Shown here: positions 59,914-64,000 of the stretch, in pieces | How the letters are laid out: the number at the start of each line of letters is the position of its first letter | How positions within the stretch are numbered: position 1 is the stretch's first letter | Assembly: GCA_965277405.1 (NCBI GenBank) | Contig: OZ255726.1 | Span: 1,856,001 to 1,920,000 of the forward strand | Source: Gammaproteobacteria bacterium | Lineage (GTDB): Bacteria; Pseudomonadota; Gammaproteobacteria; G965277405 | Direction of reading: 5' to 3' | DNA length: 64,000 bases | Notes under the pieces: model-generated | The model's input: the letters and a program-made list of their open reading frames with translations, nothing else | What the model was told of the DNA's origin: nothing | The model's database searches: none | Program-made: the position numbers and the translations under genes

Positions 59914-61248
59914 GTGCCCAGCAATAAAATTGCATTGCTCAACGAGTCATTAGAACGCGGCTCGTTGATGCAGGCGCGGCGCTTGCTCAATACAACGATT
60001 CACCCAGGTGACATCGCTCACTTGCTGGAATCATCACCCCCGCGTGATCGGCGGGTTATTTGGCAATTAATCGATAAAAATAAACAACCAGAAGTACTAC
60101 AAGAGCTGAATGAAGATGTTCGTGAAGAATTAATTGAGGGCATGTCGGTTAAGGAGTTGGTCAACTCCCTTGCCAACATGGATGTTGACGATACTGTCGA
60201 TATTTTACAGCAATTGCCGAATAGGGTCATCAATGATGTCCTCGGGCGTATGGATGAGGAAAATCGCAATCTCATCCAAGATGCACTTTCGTATCCGCAG
60301 GACAGTGCTGGTGGTTTGATGAACACCGACTTTGTGACGATCCGTGATAACGTCACGGTTGAAGTAGTCCTGCGTTTTTTACGGCGAATTGACTTGCCTA
60401 AAGACACTGATGCGATATATGTCATCGATAGCAACTCACGACTCATTGGCATCGTGCTGCTCACAAGTTTGGTCAATTCCATGCCAACGACTGTCGTGCA
60501 GCAGATAATGTCCAACAAATTTACGTTTACAACGCCAGATGTTGACGAAGGGGACATTGCCCATATCTTCACCAATCAAGGGTTGGTTTCATTGCCAGTT
60601 ATCAATGAAAATCATGTGATTATCGGACGAATCACCATTGACGATGTTCTCGATCTTGTCAGAGAGTTAGGTGAAAGCTCAATCGTTGCCGCAGCACCGG
60701 TGTTTGATGATGACGATACCTTCGCACCCATTCGCAAAACAGTTGTGGGACGGACAGCATGGCTTGGAATAAATTTAGTGACAGCCATAGCAGCCGCAAT
60801 GACTATCAGCCTGTTTGAGAATGTTATCTCCAATTTTGTTGCATTAGCAATCCTGATGCCAGTTGTTGCCAGTATGGGCGGTATAGCAGGCTCGCAGACA
60901 ATGACGATTATCGTCCGTGGTCTCGCACTTGGCCAAGTCACAAAAAGCAACGTGAAATACCTGATTAGCCGAGAATTTATCATCGGCGGCATCAATGGGA
61001 TTATCTGGTCAATTATCATAGGACTAGTTGCAGGATTTTGGTTTGACCAAGTCACCCTAGGATTTATTATTGCCATTGCAATTATTGTAAACCTTTTCGT
61101 TGCCTCACTCTGCGGAGTGCTGCTACCATTATTGTTGAAATCGCTGGGCATAGACCCTGCGCTTGCTGGTAATGTTATTTTGACAACCGTGACCGATGTT
61201 GTTGGTTTTTTTTCCTTCCTCGGGCTAGCAACACTTATCTATCTTTAA
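59914..61248 (+). CDS. mgtE: magnesium transporter MgtE
   Basis: HP.DIA, Y..DSAGGLM, CBS pair, LMP.VASMGG.AG.Q, DPALA, TD..GF. Confidence 0.95.
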   Translation: MPSNKIALLNESLERGSLMQARRLLNTTIHPGDIAHLLESSPPRDRRVIWQLIDKNKQPEVLQELNEDVREELIEGMSVKELVNSLANMDVDDTVDILQQLPNRVINDVLGRMDEENRNLIQDALSYPQDSAGGLMNTDFVTIRDNVTVEVVLRFLRRIDLPKDTDAIYVIDSNSRLIGIVLLTSLVNSMPTTVVQQIMSNKFTFTTPDVDEGDIAHIFTNQGLVSLPVINENHVIIGRITIDDVLDLVRELGESSIVAAAPVFDDDDTFAPIRKTVVGRTAWLGINLVTAIAAAMTISLFENVISNFVALAILMPVVASMGGIAGSQTMTIIVRGLALGQVTKSNVKYLISREFIIGGINGIIWSIIIGLVAGFWFDQVTLGFIIAIAIIVNLFVASLCGVLLPLLLKSLGIDPALAGNVILTTVTDVVGFFSFLGLATLIYL

Positions 61249-61249
61249 T

Positions 61250-62014
61250 ATGACAATAGACTATCTGTTAAGTAATGATGACGGCATTCATGCCACAGGA
61301 CTGCGGGTGCTTAGCAAAACTATCCAGATGCTTGGTGAGGTCCGCATTATTGCTCCGCATAAAAATTGCAGCGGTGCCAGCAGCTCGTTAACACTCGACG
61401 CACCACTCCATCCAACCAAACTATATGGTAATCCACGTGCAATTGTTGTCGATGGCAGCCCTGCTGATTGCGTCCACCTTGCAGTCACTGGTTTTTTTGA
61501 TGAGCTGCCAAAACGTGTTATTTCAGGAATCAATCATGGGATAAACATGGGGGATGACGTGCTGTACTCAGGGACGCTTGCCGCAGCAATTGAAGGTCGT
61601 TTTTGTGAATACTCACCGCTTGCTGTTTCGCTTGATGGGACTACCCATTTTGAAACAGCAGCTCGGGTTGTCGCGACGTTGCTGCAATCAGCTGATTTTT
61701 GTGCAATCAACGGCACAATTTTTAATATAAATGTCCCAGATGTGCCGTGGCAGCAACTCAAAGGCATCCGTACCACTGTTTTGGGTAAACGATCATTACC
61801 TAAAAAAAGCTATGTTGTGGCAACGCCACGCAATACGGTATCCCACTGGATAGCAGAATCAGGGGAGCCAATCGACACTGCAGCAACTACTGACTTTACG
61901 GCAATAGCCCAAGGATTCGCATCAATCACACCTATTAGCATTGACATGACAGACACTAGCCGCGTTGCAGTAATGCGCAACGTCATTGATACTCTCATCA
62001 TTGCTCAAGCATGA
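61250..62014 (+). CDS. surE: 5'/3'-nucleotidase SurE
   Basis: LSNDDG, SGAS.SLT, G.PADCV, SGIN.G.N.G.D..YSGT..AA.EG. Confidence 0.95.
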   Translation: MTIDYLLSNDDGIHATGLRVLSKTIQMLGEVRIIAPHKNCSGASSSLTLDAPLHPTKLYGNPRAIVVDGSPADCVHLAVTGFFDELPKRVISGINHGINMGDDVLYSGTLAAAIEGRFCEYSPLAVSLDGTTHFETAARVVATLLQSADFCAINGTIFNINVPDVPWQQLKGIRTTVLGKRSLPKKSYVVATPRNTVSHWIAESGEPIDTAATTDFTAIAQGFASITPISIDMTDTSRVAVMRNVIDTLIIAQA

Positions 62015-62871
62015 TCTATCTAGTCCGCATGATGTATGGTGCGCTGATTGGCAGCGCAGATGTAATTCCAGGCGTTTCTGGCGGCACCATGGCGTATATG
62101 CTTGGCATATATCCACGCTTTATTGCTGCAATCGCCGCTATAAATTTACAGACAGTGCGCTTGTTGTTCACATTGCGTTGGCAGGAAGTATGGCATGCCG
62201 TCGATGGCGCCTTTATATTGCCAATTGCAATCGGTGCACTAGCCAGCATTGCACTGTTGGCGCCAACAATACAATTTTTGTTGCAGCACTATCAACCCGT
62301 ATTATTTTCTTTGTTTCTGGGACTTGTTCTCAGTTGTGCTTTGGTTTTTTTGTTTGTTTCAGTATCACATTTACGCAAACGCAGCGCTGCAATACAACTT
62401 GGGGTCGGATTGCTGGTCGGCCTAGCCATTCGCCATGGCATCTCTGACCTTCCCATCAATACTCTCACAATCATTGTTGGCGGCATCGCTGCTGCAGCGG
62501 CGATGCTGTTGCCAGGGATATCTGGCTCATACTTACTGGTATTACTTGGTCTATACCCTGTGATTATTGATGCCATTGCCACATTTGATTTTCGTATTAT
62601 TTGTTTTTTTACAGCTGGCGTTGCGCTCGGTTTGTTGCTTGCCAGCAAAATCATTCATTTCATGTTAGAACGTGCATATCATCAAACGATGGTCTTTATT
62701 GTAGGTGTTATTCTTGGTACAATAGATGCGCTCTGGCCGTGGCAAGTCGCAGCTGCTCCAATCTCACCATTTGCCATTGAGGTTAATTATTTGTTATTTT
62801 GTATCATCGCATTTTTTATCGGATTCATTGTGTTTTTTCTTTCTTTCACGTTTGCTAAGCCCCGATGCTAA
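62011..62871 (+). CDS. DUF368 membrane protein
   Basis: G.AD.IPGVSGGT.A...GIY and A..LPGISGS motifs. Confidence 0.88.
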   Translation: MIYLVRMMYGALIGSADVIPGVSGGTMAYMLGIYPRFIAAIAAINLQTVRLLFTLRWQEVWHAVDGAFILPIAIGALASIALLAPTIQFLLQHYQPVLFSLFLGLVLSCALVFLFVSVSHLRKRSAAIQLGVGLLVGLAIRHGISDLPINTLTIIVGGIAAAAAMLLPGISGSYLLVLLGLYPVIIDAIATFDFRIICFFTAGVALGLLLASKIIHFMLERAYHQTMVFIVGVILGTIDALWPWQVAAAPISPFAIEVNYLLFCIIAFFIGFIVFFLSFTFAKPRC

Positions 62872-62896
62872 TATCTTCTTGTTTTAGCTATTTTTG

Positions 62897-62958
62897 TAGC
62901 ATATCTAGCATATCTAGCATATCTAGCATATCTAGCATATCTAGCATATCTAGCATAT
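62897..62958 (+). repeat. 9-bp VNTR (TAGCATATC), about 6.9 copies
   Basis: six perfect copies plus TAGCATAT. Confidence 0.97.
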
Positions 62959-64000
62959 TGCGTATCGTCTGCATCAGTTTTGTTTGTGCCATCGTCGCTT
63001 CGTGCTCTTCAATGGAACAAGACCGAGCAAATACGCCGCCACGCTTTGATGAAGAACTGCGTAAGCCAAAGATAATTATTCTGCATGGCAAAAATACCAT
63101 ACCAACTCCAGTAGCAACACCACAGCAGCAGTATGAGCGGATTAAACCTCCGCAGGAACAGGCACTTCTTGGTACAGGTGATGATGTGCCAAACATGCAG
63201 TCTTTTGCAACAGATGTGCAGATTATCCAACAGCCAAAACAACCGGCACCAATTACCCCATTGCCAAAACAACCGGCACCAATTACCCAATTGCCAAACA
63301 ACCAAGCATCAATACCACAACAGCCAGCTGCTACTGCTGTGCGCATAGCACCTGCTGCAAGCCAAGCGTCAGTTGTTCATAACGGCGCAACTTTTCACAT
63401 TCTCCGCACTGGAGAAACCTTGTATTCTGTTGCTAAACGCTATGGATTTACTGTTGATGAGCTGGTCAATGAAAATGCTATTGCCGACCCGACAGTCATT
63501 AGCTCAAACGCTCGTATTTATTTTCCAAGACCAGCGGTCGTTACGCCAGCAACAGTCGTTCGTCAACCACCGCTGCGGATTAGGCAAGCTGCAACCGTTG
63601 CTCAACAGCAACCACAGACAATCGTTGCCACACTACCCCAACCTGCTAGCGCAGCTGTGGTCAAACAGCCCGTGTCGGCTGCAAACCCAACAACAAATTC
63701 ACCCGCGATATTAGCTAAACCATGGCGATGGCCCGTTACCACCCCTATTGTCACTAAATCTTATGATCGCAGCGCGGCGTTGACAGAGCGCGGTATCGAC
63801 ATCCAAGGTGTGCGCGGCTCGCCAGTTTTTAGTGTTGCTGATGGAGTGATTGTGTTTATTGGAGATGTAGAAGGTTTTGGCAAAATCGTCATTGTCAGCC
63901 ACTTAAAAGGTGTGCTAAGCATTTATTCTCAGAACGACGAGTTATCCAATATTAGTGAAAACCAACGGGTCCAACAAGGTCAGAAAATTGCCACAATGGG
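62958..64000 (+). CDS. nlpD: NlpD-like LysM/M23 lipoprotein (runs off the window; start TTG 62958 or ATG 62865)
   Basis: lipobox IVASC, Pro/Gln-rich linker, LysM (H.LR.GETLYSVAKRYG), WRWP, GIDI, V.QGQKIATM; follows surE; absent from the ORF track because it is open-ended. Confidence 0.85.
   Translation, partial: MRIVCISFVCAIVASCSSMEQDRANTPPRFDEELRKPKIIILHGKNTIPTPVATPQQQYERIKPPQEQALLGTGDDVPNMQSFATDVQIIQQPKQPAPITPLPKQPAPITQLPNNQASIPQQPAATAVRIAPAASQASVVHNGATFHILRTGETLYSVAKRYGFTVDELVNENAIADPTVISSNARIYFPRPAVVTPATVVRQPPLRIRQAATVAQQQPQTIVATLPQPASAAVVKQPVSAANPTTNSPAILAKPWRWPVTTPIVTKSYDRSAALTERGIDIQGVRGSPVFSVADGVIVFIGDVEGFGKIVIVSHLKGVLSIYSQNDELSNISENQRVQQGQKIATM
63233..63298 (+). repeat. 30-bp tandem repeat (PKQPAPITPL/QL) in NlpD linker
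   Basis: GCCAAAACAACCGGCACCAATTACCC(C/A)ATT x2. Confidence 0.9.

Noticed and set aside
62888-63346. Minus-strand ORF ending (MLD)n
   Set aside because: Antisense shadow of the NlpD-like gene and its 9-bp VNTR

Overview
Gammaproteobacterial-type chromosomal segment with about 60 recognisable CDS. Most are housekeeping genes (anmK, hscBA, mutL, pcnB, msbA-lpxK, thiBPQ with a TPP riboswitch, rluD-pgeF-lpxB, serS, coaBC, mnmG, coaD, rnt, pyrC, rplS-trmD, glmM, mgtE, surE, nlpD), but canonical operons are broken into fragments. Accessory highlights: (1) a bufferin-type RiPP operon (DUF2282 precursor, DUF692/MNIO, DUF2063, DoxX) that continues into a histidine kinase with a carbohydrate-binding-like sensor and a NarL-type regulator, with a candidate operator at the promoter; (2) a UmuDAb-like umuD-umuC pair preceded by a TGA-N4-GTAAC-N4-TCA box; (3) a tandem duplication giving two Sel1-repeat genes (6 and 24 repeats) with hypervariable positions and a conserved, structured ~350-nt leader; (4) a ~290-300 bp non-autonomous IS5-like MITE family (3 full copies, many fragments) whose terminal repeat supplies the C-terminus and stop codon (G-S/R-S-D-stop) of three host genes; (5) an island with IS630 relics, an LTA-synthase-family gene with a duplicated active-site loop, a vapBC module and a Tat-exported multicopper oxidase. 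All calls come from reading sequence and motifs by eye; no database searches were run.
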